A stretch of DNA of 64,000 nucleotides from Chloroflexota bacterium (GTDB taxonomy: Bacteria; Chloroflexota; Dehalococcoidia; DSGV01), in the NCBI GenBank assembly GCA_021787985.1, contig JAJYLG010000009.1, positions 141-64,140 of the forward strand. The letters are read 5' to 3'. Positions 30,303 through 41,882 of the stretch are shown one piece after another. The translations under genes were made by a program, and so were the position numbers. The notes under the pieces were generated by a model that did no database searches, was not told the DNA's origin, and saw only the letters and a list, made by a program, of their open reading frames with translations. Within the stretch, counting starts at the first letter, position 1, and each line of letters begins with the position of its first letter.

Positions 30303-31646
30303 CTATGCCGGTTGGCGCGCCGGCTGTAGCTGCCTGGGACGATAGCGGAAACGCGTCCAGAGCTCGGCTAGCAGCGCGACGCTCGCGAAAGCGAGCAGCA
30401 CGTAGCGCGGGCTGGCGATGTCGGCGATGGCGCCACCGATGAGCAGCGGTAGGAGCGAGAAGAGCTCCGCCGCCGCACTCTGCGTCCCGAAGACCGCCGC
30501 CTGCCGCTCCTCGGGGGTGCGAGAGGACAGCGCAGCGCGCGTCCCCACCCCCACCAACGAGAAGGCCAGCCCTAGCGGCACGGCCAGCATCATGACGCTG
30601 ACCACCAGTGAGGAGATGCCGAGCTTCTCCGCCAGCCCGGCGATGTTGAGGTGGATCTGCTGCGACACGAACGTCGCCACGGAGACCTCCAGTCCCAGCA
30701 GCCACACCACCACGGCGTAGAGCCAGAACCCGCCGGTGACGACGCGGTGATGACTGAACAGCGCGCCGAGCCACGGCGCGATGAGCAGCCCCAGGACTCC
30801 GCCCACCGCCGCCGGCGCCGCGATGTAGACGGTCGCTGTCGGGTCGAGGTGTAGCACGCGGTAGACGTAGTGTGGCATCAGCACCACGACCAGCTTGAGC
30901 AGCGTGGTGACCAGCACGAAGTCGAGCACGACGAAGAATGAGGTGCGGTCCGCGCGAATCGTGTCCCAGCCGGTGCGGTAGGTATCGAGAAAGCCGCGCA
31001 GCGGTTGGTGCGGGCGCAGCCGCGCGGCCTTGTCGAGTCGAGGGATGCGCGCCTGCATGTACCCGGCGTAGACGAACCCGATCGCGGCCAGGACGTAGAC
31101 GGGCTCGGCGCCGAACGGCTTGAGGATGATCGGCGCGATGAGCGCCATGCCCACCACTTGGCCCATCACCTGGGCCAGCTCGAAGAGGGAGTGGGCGGCA
31201 CCGTACTCCTCCTCGGTCACGACGGCGGGCAGCGCTGCCGCCTCGGCTGGGCTGTTGAACTGTCCCACGAAAGAGAGCAGCGCGATGACCAGGTAGATGC
31301 CCAGGACTCCCGGCCGGGTGAGGGCGAGCGCAGCGCACAGGCCGGCGCGCACCAGGTTGGTGGTCACGAGCGTCGTGCGCTTGGGCCAGCGGTCGGAGAG
31401 TGCGCCGGCGAACGGACCGAAGACCACTGCCGGGACGCTGTAGGCGATGATCAGCAGCACGGCATTGAAGGAGGAGTTGGTGCGCTCGACCAGCGCGATG
31501 AGCAACGAGTAGAGCAGGCCGTTCTCGGCCGTCATGCCCGCCATCCGCCCGGCGAGCAGCCGGCGAAAGCGCGGGTAGCGCACCAGGCCCCGGAGTCCGC
31601 GGCTGATCCCGGTGGCTTGGCGACGCGCGCTCGCTTGGCTGCTCAT
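30303..31646 (-). CDS. MFS transporter
   Basis: 447 aa, 12 predicted TM, MFS motifs (GALSDRWPKR). Confidence 0.8.
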   Translation of the reverse strand: MSSQASARRQATGISRGLRGLVRYPRFRRLLAGRMAGMTAENGLLYSLLIALVERTNSSFNAVLLIIAYSVPAVVFGPFAGALSDRWPKRTTLVTTNLVRAGLCAALALTRPGVLGIYLVIALLSFVGQFNSPAEAAALPAVVTEEEYGAAHSLFELAQVMGQVVGMALIAPIILKPFGAEPVYVLAAIGFVYAGYMQARIPRLDKAARLRPHQPLRGFLDTYRTGWDTIRADRTSFFVVLDFVLVTTLLKLVVVLMPHYVYRVLHLDPTATVYIAAPAAVGGVLGLLIAPWLGALFSHHRVVTGGFWLYAVVVWLLGLEVSVATFVSQQIHLNIAGLAEKLGISSLVVSVMMLAVPLGLAFSLVGVGTRAALSSRTPEERQAAVFGTQSAAAELFSLLPLLIGGAIADIASPRYVLLAFASVALLAELWTRFRYRPRQLQPARQPA

Positions 31647-31681
31647 GCGCCTATTCTAGAAGTGCGGGGAGGCTCGAATCC

Positions 31682-32116
31682 GTGGACAACGTCGACCCGA
31701 TCGCCGCGCACTATGGGGCAGAGCGCGAGCTGGCCGCCGCCGACCTGCAATCCGGGGAGCGGGTGGAGGCGGGTGCCATCGGCCTGCAGCCGCGCAGTCG
31801 GGGAAAGGGGCTGCTGGCGCGCCTGGCGAACGCCCGGCCGCGCGCGTACCGGCTGGTGCTCACCGACCGGCGGCTGCTGGTGTATCGGGGTGCCTCGCTG
31901 CGCCCCGGGGCGGGGCGCCTGGAGCGTGCGCTGCCGTGGCACCAGGTCCGCCGGGCCGAGCTGGTGCTCGGCGAGCGGTTCCACGAGCTGACGCTGCTGA
32001 CCGCGGAGGGCGACTTGCGTTATGCCCTGCCGCGGACCGAGAGCGACGCCGGCCACCTGCAGCAGGTGCTGCGGCGGGTCGTGTCGGCGCTCAACGTGCG
32101 CCTGGCCGAGTCGTAA
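31682..32116 (+). CDS. Hypothetical PH/GRAM-like domain protein
   Basis: 144 aa; pattern RLVLTDRRLLVYRG...HELTLLTAEGDL resembles bacterial PH (bPH_2) domains. Weak. Confidence 0.4.
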   Translation: MDNVDPIAAHYGAERELAAADLQSGERVEAGAIGLQPRSRGKGLLARLANARPRAYRLVLTDRRLLVYRGASLRPGAGRLERALPWHQVRRAELVLGERFHELTLLTAEGDLRYALPRTESDAGHLQQVLRRVVSALNVRLAES

Positions 32117-32130
32117 CCCGGGAGCGCGGC

Positions 32131-32730
32131 GCCATCGAAGGGATCGTCTCGCTGCTCGATGGGCCCCACGCGGCCGAGGTCGAACGCACGTGGGCCGAGC
32201 TGGAGCGCGAGTGCGGGCTGCGCGGCGTGCACGGGACCCCATTCCCGCACTTCTCCTACCATGTGGCCAACTGCTACGACAGCGCCGACCTCGACCGGGC
32301 GCTTGCTCCGTTGATCGCGGACATGGCGCCGTTGCGGGCGCGGACCGGCGGCTTGGGCGTGTTCTCCGGGGCTGCGCCGGTGCTCTTCGTCGCGGTCGTC
32401 CGCACGGCCGAGCTGAGCGCGCTCCATCGGATGGTGACCGCCGCGGTCACGCCGGCGGCCCATGGCCCAGTGGCGTACTACGAGCCCGAGCAGTGGATTC
32501 CGCACATCACGCTGGCCATGGGCGACACCGACGCGGAGCGGGTGGCCGCGGCGATGCGGCTGCTGGCCGACCGCGACTTCACGTGGGAGGTCGAGGTCGA
32601 CACGCTCGCCTGGATCGCTGAGGCGCCCGGCGGTCAGGCGCTGCGGACGCGCTGGCAGCTTGGCGCCCGCCCCCGCGGACTGGCGGGGGGCGGCCGCCCG
32701 GACACGGAGCGACGTCCGCGGCGCGCTTGA
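32131..32730 (+). CDS. 2H phosphoesterase superfamily protein (LigT/2'-5' RNA ligase-like); start codon uncertain
   Basis: Two H-x-T/S-x motifs (FPHFSYH and PHITLAMG). No canonical start found immediately upstream of the conserved N-terminus, so the start is approximate. Confidence 0.55.
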   Translation, partial: AIEGIVSLLDGPHAAEVERTWAELERECGLRGVHGTPFPHFSYHVANCYDSADLDRALAPLIADMAPLRARTGGLGVFSGAAPVLFVAVVRTAELSALHRMVTAAVTPAAHGPVAYYEPEQWIPHITLAMGDTDAERVAAAMRLLADRDFTWEVEVDTLAWIAEAPGGQALRTRWQLGARPRGLAGGGRPDTERRPRRA

Positions 32731-33045
32731 GAGTGCGACCCTCGCGGCCACAGGCGTCAGCGTCCTGCCGTCTGCCTGACCTGCCCGCTGCGGGCAGGCG
32801 CTCCGAGGCTGGCGCACGCGGTGCCTTGCCGCCGCCTTTGTGGCATGCGACAGGGAGTCACGCGGTAACCCGTTGAGCGCGGATTCCGGGCGCGCTAGGA
32901 TGATGCCGCACGGGAGCCAACAGGGGAGGATGTGGCGTGGACCACGCGGACCTGGTGATCGGCGTCGCGCTGCTGGGTGTGGCGATCCTGGGGATGCTCA
33001 TCTGGCTGGCGGCCGTGAGCCTCGACAAGATCCTCCGCTGAGGCG

Positions 33046-33249
33046 ATGCACCCGCGCCTGCGTCACCCGCGATCGCTGCTGTTTGGGCTGGCCGTTGGCG
33101 TCGGGGTCGCGGCCCTGATGGTGCTGATGAACGCGCTGCCCATGGGAGGCGCGTCGCCGCTCAATGCTCCCGACGATTTCACCATCGCCGCCCTTTCGGC
33201 GTTCGCGGCGCTCTGCGGCTACGTCCTCTGGCGCGAATACAAGGGTTGA
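33046..33249 (+). CDS. Small two-TM membrane protein (67 aa); preceded by a possible 34-aa one-TM peptide at about 32934..33038
   Basis: Hydrophobic segments LLFGLAVGVGVAALMVLM and IAALSAFAALCGYVLW; GAGG upstream. Low confidence. Confidence 0.3.
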   Translation: MHPRLRHPRSLLFGLAVGVGVAALMVLMNALPMGGASPLNAPDDFTIAALSAFAALCGYVLWREYKG

Positions 33250-33330
33250 CCCGCTCCGGCCAGGCAGGGCGATAATGGCCGGCCCGTGGTCGCGTTACGA
33301 CGGTCGCCGTCGCCCCGGGCTCATCCGCGG

Positions 33331-33954
33331 CTACTCCCTCGTCCGGGCAGCGCGGCACTCCGCCTCGAGCGCATCGAGGTCGGCGCGGGTGTTGATGTTG
33401 CGGAACGCGCGGCCGGACGGGTCGCAGCGCCGCCATTCCACCTCGGGCCACGGCTCCCAGCTCACCTCGTCCAGGAACGCGGTCGTCTTGAGCCGGCCCT
33501 CGATCAGCGCACGCTCGACCGCGGGTAGGCAGTCGCGCCGGTAGGCCGCACAGAGCGGCTCGAGCAGACCATCGGCCGCCGGCAGGACGGCCGCGCGGCC
33601 CGAGGCGCGGGCGTGCGCCAGCAGCGCGCGGAAGAGGGCGGCGGGCGCCAGCGGCAGGTCGGCCGCGGCGACGAGGTACCAGTCGGCCGCCCGAGCGCGC
33701 ATCGCCGTGACGATGCCGCCCAGCGGTCCGGCGGCGCGCACGACGTCGTGCGCATGGTGCAGCGGCACGGGAATGGAAAGCGGCAGGTCGGGCTGACCGG
33801 CGGCGCGTACGACCACGATCTCCTGCGCCACCAGCGCCAGGCGTCGTGCCACGTGCTGCGCCAGCGGCGCACCGCAGAGCGGCGCGAGGGCCTTGTCCCC
33901 GCCGAACCGCCGGCCATGCCCGCCGGCGACGATGACCGCGGTTACGCGTTCCAC
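33331..33954 (-). CDS. mobA: Molybdenum cofactor guanylyltransferase MobA
   Basis: VIVAGGHGRRFGGDKALAPLCGAPL N-terminal nucleotide-binding motif; 207 aa. Confidence 0.8.
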   Translation of the reverse strand: MERVTAVIVAGGHGRRFGGDKALAPLCGAPLAQHVARRLALVAQEIVVVRAAGQPDLPLSIPVPLHHAHDVVRAAGPLGGIVTAMRARAADWYLVAAADLPLAPAALFRALLAHARASGRAAVLPAADGLLEPLCAAYRRDCLPAVERALIEGRLKTTAFLDEVSWEPWPEVEWRRCDPSGRAFRNINTRADLDALEAECRAARTRE

Positions 33955-34041
33955 GCCTTCGAGTATGCGACGCGGCGGCGGTAGCGCGCTTCGCCGAGCT
34001 GTTCTGCTCGGCTATCCTGAGGCCGGACGCATTCGCCCGAG

Positions 34042-34409
34042 GTGGTGCCGATGGAAGCGACCCTCTCCTCCAAGGCCGCGGAGCTGGTTCGACAGCAGCT
34101 CGACCGCCTCTCCCACCTGCGCGGCGTGGGGCCGGAGCCGCTGGTCTACTATCAGTGGGCGGACGAGACTTCGAACATCCTCTACGAGGCGCTGGGACCG
34201 GACCACCCGGCGACGCGGGCATTCGTCCGGGCAGTCGGCGAGCGCGGCCGCACGCCCTACCAGCGCGGCGTGGCGGACAACATGTCGCTCGGGATCTACG
34301 GTCCCTGGGGCATCCTGGCGCGCCTGAACCGCGGTGAGGCCGCCCTGCGCGAGCTGCTTGGACTCCCACCGGTCGAGCCTCAGCCGACCACGCATCCGCA
34401 CGTCACCCC

Positions 34410-34413
<4 letters not shown>
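34042..34413 (+). CDS. Hypothetical protein, first gene of overlapping 3-gene operon
   Basis: 123 aa, no recognized domain. Stop overlaps next start (ATGA). Confidence 0.5.
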
Positions 34414-36075
<1,662 letters not shown>

Positions 36076-36226
36076 ACGCTCGCCCCCTGCGGCCGGTCCC
36101 CTCGCCGCAGCTCCAGTGTAGTCGCCACCCGGTTAACGGGTTGTGATTCCGCCGACGCGGGGTGCAGCTCGCTCGCGCGGAATCCGTCGCCGAGCGGCAG
36201 AAGGCTGCCGGGATCGCTGCATCGTG

Positions 36227-36355
36227 GAGGAAGCACGCCGCGATATCCGCGAGGCGATCGAGCAGCACGTCCAGGTGTTGCTGGACCACGGGCAGGCGAT
36301 TCCGCAGGATGACAAGCTCGTCCACGTCGAGGAACTGACCGTCGGGATTCCGTGA
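36227..36355 (+). pseudogene. HicB-like antitoxin C-terminal remnant (about 43 codons)
   Basis: VEEARRDIREAIEQHVQVLLDHGQAIPQDD resembles the conserved HicB segment (EEALENIKEAIELYLE..GEPIPEP). No HicB N-terminus or HicA partner found. Confidence 0.3.
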
Positions 36356-36593
36356 TGACGCGGCCCCCCCCCCGATCACGTCGCGGGAGCTGGTCGCACC
36401 CGGTCTTCGGACCGGGTGAGCATTGAAACCTCAGACCGCAGGGGTTCGTCCAAGACCGATCGTCTGTCAGCCATCTGACATTGTGGCACCAGGAGCGGAA
36501 GGCGGCCGTAACCGTGCCGGCGCACACCGGTGCGGACATCGACCGGGGCCCGGCGGCGCGCATCCTCAGGGATGCCGGCTTCACCGTCGAGGA

Positions 36594-37061
36594 CTATCCG
36601 TGGCTGCGCTGAGCGCGCGCGTTTGATTTGCCCGAGGAGCCGTCGCTGACGCGGGCGATGTTCTCGCGCTCCGAGTCTTCCGCCGTGGCGTCCAGGTAGG
36701 CGGCGAGGATCTCGCGCGCGAGCGCGTCCGACGTCCAGCGCAGGGAGAGGCAGAGGACGTTGGCGTCGTTCCAGCGGCGGGCGCCGCGCGCTGTCTCCGC
36801 GTCCCAGCAGAGGGCGGCCCGCGCGCCCGGCACCTTGTTGGCGGCGATGGACACGCCGGTGCCCGTCCAGCAGCAGGCGACCCCGACTTCCGCCTCGCCG
36901 GAGACCACGGCGCGCGCCACCATCTGGCCCACGTCCGGCCACTGCTCGCCCGTGCCCCCAGGCGGGCCGACGAGCCGCAGCTCGTAGCCGCGGCGGCGCA
37001 GCTCCTCCGCCAGCGTGTGCACCACCGGTACGTCCTCGTCCGCGCCCACGATCGCGCGCAT
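36594..37061 (-). CDS. rpiB: Ribose-5-phosphate isomerase B (RpiB/LacAB family)
   Basis: MRAIVGADEDV...GVACCWTGTGVSIAANKVPGARAALC catalytic region. Confidence 0.8.
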   Translation of the reverse strand: MRAIVGADEDVPVVHTLAEELRRRGYELRLVGPPGGTGEQWPDVGQMVARAVVSGEAEVGVACCWTGTGVSIAANKVPGARAALCWDAETARGARRWNDANVLCLSLRWTSDALAREILAAYLDATAEDSERENIARVSDGSSGKSNARAQRSHG

Positions 37062-37123
37062 GCTGCCCTCCCGCCCGTCGCTCTCCATAATCGTACGGAG
37101 ATGCGTGCCAGGAGGGAGCCGGG

Positions 37124-38095
37124 ATGTTGCGTTGTTTCGTCAAGCGGACCGAAGCCGAGAAGCTGGAACCGTGGGACGGTGCCGTCACGGATGCGTTGGC
37201 GGACCCAGGCGCGCTCGTTTGGGTCGACTTGCAGGACGCGTCCGACGAAGAGGTGACGCGAGCGGGCGCCGCGCTGGGGCTGGCGGAGCTGACGCTCGAG
37301 GACATCCGCAAGGGCGGTCAGCGGGCCAAGCTGGAGCCTTTCCCCAGCTACACCTACCTGGTGATGTTCACCGCGCGGGTCAACGCCGACGCCACGGACC
37401 TCGACCTGGAGCAGGTGGACGTGGCGTTCGGCGACCACTGGGTGCTGACCCGCCACCCCTCGTCGCTGGACTTGGAGGGCCAGTTGCGCGAGCGCCTCAA
37501 CGCCCGCGCGGCGCTGCGCGACCACGTGCCAGACGCGCTCGTTTACGCCGTGGCCGACGCCGTGGTCGACTCCTACTTCCCCCTGCTCGACGCGCTGGAC
37601 GATCAGCTCGACTCGCTCGAGGACGAGGTGGTGGAGCGGCCGCGGCAGGCGCAGCTCCACCGCATCCTCGAGATGAAGCGCGGCGTGAACCGCCTGCGCC
37701 GGGTGATCGGGCCGCAGATGGAGGCGTTCGCGCGGCTCACCAACCCGGCATACGCGCTCGTTCGTGAAGACCATATCGTGTACTTCCGCGACGTGCATGA
37801 CCACCTGATCCGCGCGTTCGAGGTGGTGGACGGCTTCCGCGACCTCCTCGCGAGCGCGCTGGACGCGTACCTCTCGACGGTCAACAACTTGATGAACGAG
37901 GTGATGAAGCGTCTGACGGTGGTCGGCTCGATCTTTCTGCCGATCACGTTCGTCACCGGGGTGTTCGGGATGAACTTCGGTCACCTGCCGCAGGTGCGGT
38001 GGGACGCGGGAGAGCTGTTCTGGTTGGCGCTGCTGGGGATGCTCGTGATCAGCGTGGCGCAGGTCTGGTACATGCGGCGCAGGGGGTGGATGTAG
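37124..38095 (+). CDS. corA: Magnesium/cobalt transporter CorA
   Basis: 323 aa; C-terminal two TM with GMNFGHLP (GMN motif). Confidence 0.85.
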   Translation: MLRCFVKRTEAEKLEPWDGAVTDALADPGALVWVDLQDASDEEVTRAGAALGLAELTLEDIRKGGQRAKLEPFPSYTYLVMFTARVNADATDLDLEQVDVAFGDHWVLTRHPSSLDLEGQLRERLNARAALRDHVPDALVYAVADAVVDSYFPLLDALDDQLDSLEDEVVERPRQAQLHRILEMKRGVNRLRRVIGPQMEAFARLTNPAYALVREDHIVYFRDVHDHLIRAFEVVDGFRDLLASALDAYLSTVNNLMNEVMKRLTVVGSIFLPITFVTGVFGMNFGHLPQVRWDAGELFWLALLGMLVISVAQVWYMRRRGWM

Positions 38096-38263
38096 CGGCC
38101 GACCGCGCGGGCGCCGGCGGTCTCAACGGGGCCAAGTCGTTGCCGCGCGGCCCAGGTCGGAGGGGACATGTCAGCAGAAGGCGCGGCGCACCGGGGGCAA
38201 TGCGATCCCCGTCCGCATCCATCTGCGTTCGGCTGAGGTTCGCCCCGTGGCCGTGGGAGCTGG

Positions 38264-38464
38264 CTAGCCGGCGGCGGCCTCCTTCTCGGGGTTCGGCAGC
38301 CGGGCGAGCGCGGCGTGGATCGCCCCGTACATGTGGTCCTCGCGCGTGTAGATGCTCAGCATCTCCTCTAACGCATGGCGGACCAGCAGGATGTCGCGCT
38401 TCGTCAGGGTGATTGAGACCTGCTGGTCGAGGACGGTGTCGTCGAGACCCTTGGTGTAGGGCAT
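38264..38464 (-). CDS. Small hypothetical protein (66 aa) downstream of cysteine synthase
   Basis: Strong GGTAAGGAG RBS before ATG (MPYTKGLDDTVLDQQVSITLTKRDILLVRHALEEML...). Confidence 0.45.
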   Translation of the reverse strand: MPYTKGLDDTVLDQQVSITLTKRDILLVRHALEEMLSIYTREDHMYGAIHAALARLPNPEKEAAAG

Positions 38465-38474
38465 GGCGTTCTCC

Positions 38475-39416
38475 TTACCACCAGATCGTGTCGTCGAGCT
38501 CGTCCTCGTCCGGGTGGGGCGGCTCGGGCGTGGCCTCCCACAGCCGCGTGCCGAGGTACTTCCAGCCGCCGTCGGCGAGGACACAGACGATCTTGCCGCG
38601 CCGGACACGACGGGCGAAGCGCAGCGCGGCGTGGACGACCGCGCCGCCGCTCGGCCCGGCGAAGATCCCTTCGCTGCGGGCCAGGGTGAGAGCGTGCGCG
38701 AAGGCGTGCCGGCTGCGGATCAGCACCTTGCCGTCCAGGACAGCGGCGTCGAGGATGGGCGGCACGTAGCCGTCCTCGAACGACTGGAGGCCCTGGACCT
38801 GGCTGCCCGGGTGGGGCTCCACCGCGACGACCTTGACGGCGGGGCGTGCCTCCTTCAGCCGGCGCCCGACGCCGGTGATCGTGCCGCCGGTGCCCAGGCC
38901 GGCGACCACCACGTCCACGTCAGGGAGGTCCCGCAGGATCTCCGCGCCGGTCGTCGCGTAGTGCGCCTCCACGTTCCTCGGGTTGGAGAACTGGTCCGGC
39001 AGGTACCAGTCGTAGCGGTCGGCCAGCGCGCGCGCGGCCAGCATCGCCGCACGGACGTCCCCGCCGCCGCTCACCCAGTGGACCACCGCGCCGTACGCGC
39101 CCAGCAGCCGCCCGATCTCCGGGAAGACGTTCTCCGGGACGACCACGTGGACCGTGTAGCCCGCCAGCCGGCCGAGCATGGCCAGCGCGATGCCGGTGTT
39201 TCCGGTGCTCGCTTCCACGATCGCGTCGCCGGGGCGCAGGCGTCCCTCGCACTCGGCCGCCCGCAGCATCGCCAGAGCGATGCGGTCCTTGATCGAGCCG
39301 GTGGGGTTGGCGCCCTCCAGCTTGGCGTACAAGCGCACCCCCTCGGGCAGCGGCAGGTTGCGGAGCTCGACCATCGGGGTGTCGCCGACGAGCGTTTCCA
39401 GCGACTGGGTCTTCAC
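38475..39416 (-). CDS. Cysteine synthase (PLP-dependent O-acetylserine sulfhydrylase, CysK/CysM family); start likely GTG near 39416, not the upstream ATG
   Basis: TPMVEL...NPTGSIKDR (PLP lysine)...EASTGNTGIALA...GTGGTITG. The upstream in-frame extension would translate the heptamer repeat array. Confidence 0.8.
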   Translation of the reverse strand: MKTQSLETLVGDTPMVELRNLPLPEGVRLYAKLEGANPTGSIKDRIALAMLRAAECEGRLRPGDAIVEASTGNTGIALAMLGRLAGYTVHVVVPENVFPEIGRLLGAYGAVVHWVSGGGDVRAAMLAARALADRYDWYLPDQFSNPRNVEAHYATTGAEILRDLPDVDVVVAGLGTGGTITGVGRRLKEARPAVKVVAVEPHPGSQVQGLQSFEDGYVPPILDAAVLDGKVLIRSRHAFAHALTLARSEGIFAGPSGGAVVHAALRFARRVRRGKIVCVLADGGWKYLGTRLWEATPEPPHPDEDELDDTIWW

Positions 39417-39441
39417 GAGATCAGTGTAGGCGGCCCAGGGA

Positions 39442-39490
39442 CGAGATCTGAGAGCCGAGATGCGAGATCCGAGATCTGAGATTGGAGATG
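39442..39490. repeat. Tandem heptamer array, seven units of GAGAYYN (GAGATCT GAGAGCC GAGATGC GAGATCC GAGATCT GAGATTG GAGATGG); locus A of a dispersed family
   Basis: Seen in sequence, in the divergent intergenic region between cysteine synthase and the SHOCT gene. Confidence 0.6.
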
Positions 39491-39586
39491 GGGGGCGCCA
39501 ACGATGGCGGCGCATACTGGAGACGCGGTCCGGGATTGGTGACTGGAGACGGGCGGAGGCCGCGGGGCTGGGCCAGGAGGTGAGAT

Positions 39587-39844
39587 ATGTGGCACATGGG
39601 CCAGGGCTGGGGCTGGTGGTGGATCGTCGGCACCGTGTGGATGGTGCTCTTCTGGGGACTGGTCATCGCCGGCATCGTCTGGCTGGTGCGGGTGCTGACC
39701 GAGCCACGGGGCGCAGCGCCCGGGTCGGCGGCGCCGCCCTCGGCAACGCCGGCCGATCCCCTGACACTGCTCAAGCGGAGGCTGGCCGCGGGCGAGATCA
39801 CGGAGGAGGAGTACGACCGCCTGCGTCGCCGGCTGCAAGAGTGA
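39587..39844 (+). CDS. SHOCT-domain small membrane protein
   Basis: Trp-rich TM N-terminus then LKRRLAAGEITEEEYDRLRRRL (SHOCT). Paralog at 43959..44201. Confidence 0.6.
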   Translation: MWHMGQGWGWWWIVGTVWMVLFWGLVIAGIVWLVRVLTEPRGAAPGSAAPPSATPADPLTLLKRRLAAGEITEEEYDRLRRRLQE

Positions 39845-40042
39845 CCGGCGGTTCGCGCCCGGCTTGTGCGGCCGGGCGACTCCGTCTCTTGCACGCCTGA
39901 CGACGGCGGGGTGCGTCTTCCGCGGCCGCCGGTGGTGACATGCGGCGGCAGGGGATGGCGGAGGTTCGGTGACCGCTCGTGCGCTCGAGGAAGCGGCCCT
40001 CGGCTTCGGATCCGCTGGCTGGGCGGCCGCTCCGAGGCCCCT

Positions 40043-40105
40043 GGTCTCCAACATCAGACCCTGGACTTCAAGTCTCAGATCTCAAGTCCCAGGTCTCCGC
40101 TCTCG
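40043..40105. repeat. Imperfect long palindrome built from GAGAYYT/AGATCT heptamer units (locus B of the family), downstream of the SHOCT gene
   Basis: GGACTTGAGATCTGAGACTTGAAGTCC core on minus strand, flanked by AGACC(C)TGG arms. Confidence 0.5.
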
Positions 40106-40261
40106 TCCCACGGCCGCGGTCCCTCGCGTTCCCGACACCCGTGTGGGGTGCGGGCTGAGAGGTCGGCGCCGGCGCGTCGACGAGCGTGCTCGCTTGCCCC
40201 TGCGCGGGCCGGGTCCTAGCATTTCGGTCATCCGGCACGGAGTCGCCCGGGGCGTGAAGGA

Positions 40262-41761
40262 ATGACCCCAGACTGGCGCCAGCGCCTGACCCTGCTCGCC
40301 TCCGCCCTCGGGGTCGCCATGCTCACCCTGGACAATTTCGTCGTCCAGGTGGCGCTCCCGCACATCGGCGACGAGTTCCACGCGGGCCTCTCGACGCTCG
40401 AGCTGACCGTCTCGGCCTACATCTTCGTGCTGGCGGTGTTTCCCATCGCTGCCGGGCGCCTGGGAGACGTGTTCGGCCGGCGGCGGTCGTTTCTTGCGGG
40501 CCTGGCCATCTTCACGCTCGCCAGTATGGCCTGCGGCGCCGCGCCCAACGACTGGACGCTGATCGGCGCCCGGGCGGTGCAGGGGCTGGGTGGCGCGGTG
40601 ATGTATCCTGCCACGCTCTCGCTGCTCACGCAGGCGTACCCGGAGGGTCGCCAGCGCGCCTTCGCGCTCGGCGTATGGAGCGCCGTGGGCGGGGTCGGAC
40701 TGGTCGCCGGGCCGGTGCTGGGCGGCGTGATCGTGGAGGGGCTGGGCTGGCGCTGGGTCTTCTACGTGAACGTACCGGTGGGAGTCCTTGCCGCCGCGCT
40801 CACGCTCTGGGCCGTGCAAGAGAGCCGCGACGAGCGCGCGCCACGGCGCGTCGACCTGGGCGGGCTGCTGCTGCTGGCGGCGGGGCTCGGCTTTCCGACC
40901 TGGGCGCTGATCCACGCCAACGACTATGGATGGGCGTCGGCGCGGCTCCTGGGCATGCTCGGGGGCGGCGCGCTGCTGCTGGTGGCCTGGGTCCAGGTCG
41001 AGCGGCGGGTGACCGCGCCGCTCGTGCCGTTGGAGCTGGTCGCGGACCGCGCATTCGCGGCGATCCAGGTCACGTCGTTCCTCTACTCGGCGGCGGCGTT
41101 CGGGGTGCAGGCGTACATGAGCCTGCTCATGCAGAACACCTGGGGCTACTCGCCGCTGCTGGCCGGGCTGTTGTACCTCCCCAGCACGGTGACGTACGTG
41201 GTGCTGGCGCCGTCTGTGGGCCGGCTGGCCGGCCGGGCGGGGCCGCGTGTGCGCTGGATGCTTGTCGGAGGGTGCCTGCTGATCGTCTTGTCCTACCTCT
41301 ATATGGCGGCGATGACACCCGAGAGCCGGTTTGTGGACGGCCTGCTGGGCCCGATGCTGCTCCGTGGCGTTGGCCTGGCGTTCCTGGTGGCGCCGGTGGC
41401 GGTGGTGGCGATGGACTCGGCCCCGCGACGTTTCAGCGGGCTGTCGGCAGGTGTGCTCACCATGACCCGCCAGACGGGCGTGGTGCTGGGCATCGCGCTG
41501 CTCGGGGCGGCGTACCAGACGCGGGCGGCGGGGGCGGTGCCGCCGGCGGCGCGCGACTCCGTGCTTTCCTTCCTGACGGAGGCTCCCGAGGTCACCCGGC
41601 AGGTCGCCGCGCGGGCCGTGAACGCAGGATACGTGGCGCTCGCCCTGGCCGCGGCGGTGCTGGCACTGGCGGCCGCCGTCGCCGCGCTTGCCGTGCGCAG
41701 CGGCCGCTACGCGCGTGAGGCGCCGGGGACGGGCCCGGAGGCCGCGGTCGTTGCCGACTAG
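40262..41761 (+). CDS. MFS transporter, DHA2 (14-TMS drug:H+ antiporter) family
   Basis: 499 aa; motifs LDNFVVQVALPHIG and GRLGDVFGRRR. Confidence 0.85.
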   Translation: MTPDWRQRLTLLASALGVAMLTLDNFVVQVALPHIGDEFHAGLSTLELTVSAYIFVLAVFPIAAGRLGDVFGRRRSFLAGLAIFTLASMACGAAPNDWTLIGARAVQGLGGAVMYPATLSLLTQAYPEGRQRAFALGVWSAVGGVGLVAGPVLGGVIVEGLGWRWVFYVNVPVGVLAAALTLWAVQESRDERAPRRVDLGGLLLLAAGLGFPTWALIHANDYGWASARLLGMLGGGALLLVAWVQVERRVTAPLVPLELVADRAFAAIQVTSFLYSAAAFGVQAYMSLLMQNTWGYSPLLAGLLYLPSTVTYVVLAPSVGRLAGRAGPRVRWMLVGGCLLIVLSYLYMAAMTPESRFVDGLLGPMLLRGVGLAFLVAPVAVVAMDSAPRRFSGLSAGVLTMTRQTGVVLGIALLGAAYQTRAAGAVPPAARDSVLSFLTEAPEVTRQVAARAVNAGYVALALAAAVLALAAAVAALAVRSGRYAREAPGTGPEAAVVAD

Positions 41762-41882
41762 GGTGGGGTACCGCCCCACAGGAGTGTCAGAAGATACCCT
41801 ATAGGAGCAGGGGTATACCGCCCGATAGGGTGGGAGCGGTGGCACGAGCCACCAAACCGCAGGATGGAGGACACAGGTAGCG

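Noticed and set aside
39421-39894. Minus ORFs through the heptamer array (39421..39894; N-terminal extension of cysteine synthase to 39515)
   Set aside because: Translation is a product of the tandem GAGATCT repeats (ISDLGSRIS...). The cysteine synthase conserved N-terminus starts downstream, so the repeats are intergenic.
40675-41718. 347-aa + ORF inside the DHA2 MFS gene
   Set aside because: Different frame of the MFS gene, Arg/Gly-rich, no motifs.
41850-41880. Sigma-54-like TGGCACG element upstream of the DsrE-like gene
   Set aside because: No TTGC(A/T) -12 element at the required spacing, and no EBP gene nearby. More likely part of a simple hairpin GGTGGC-ACGA-GCCACC.
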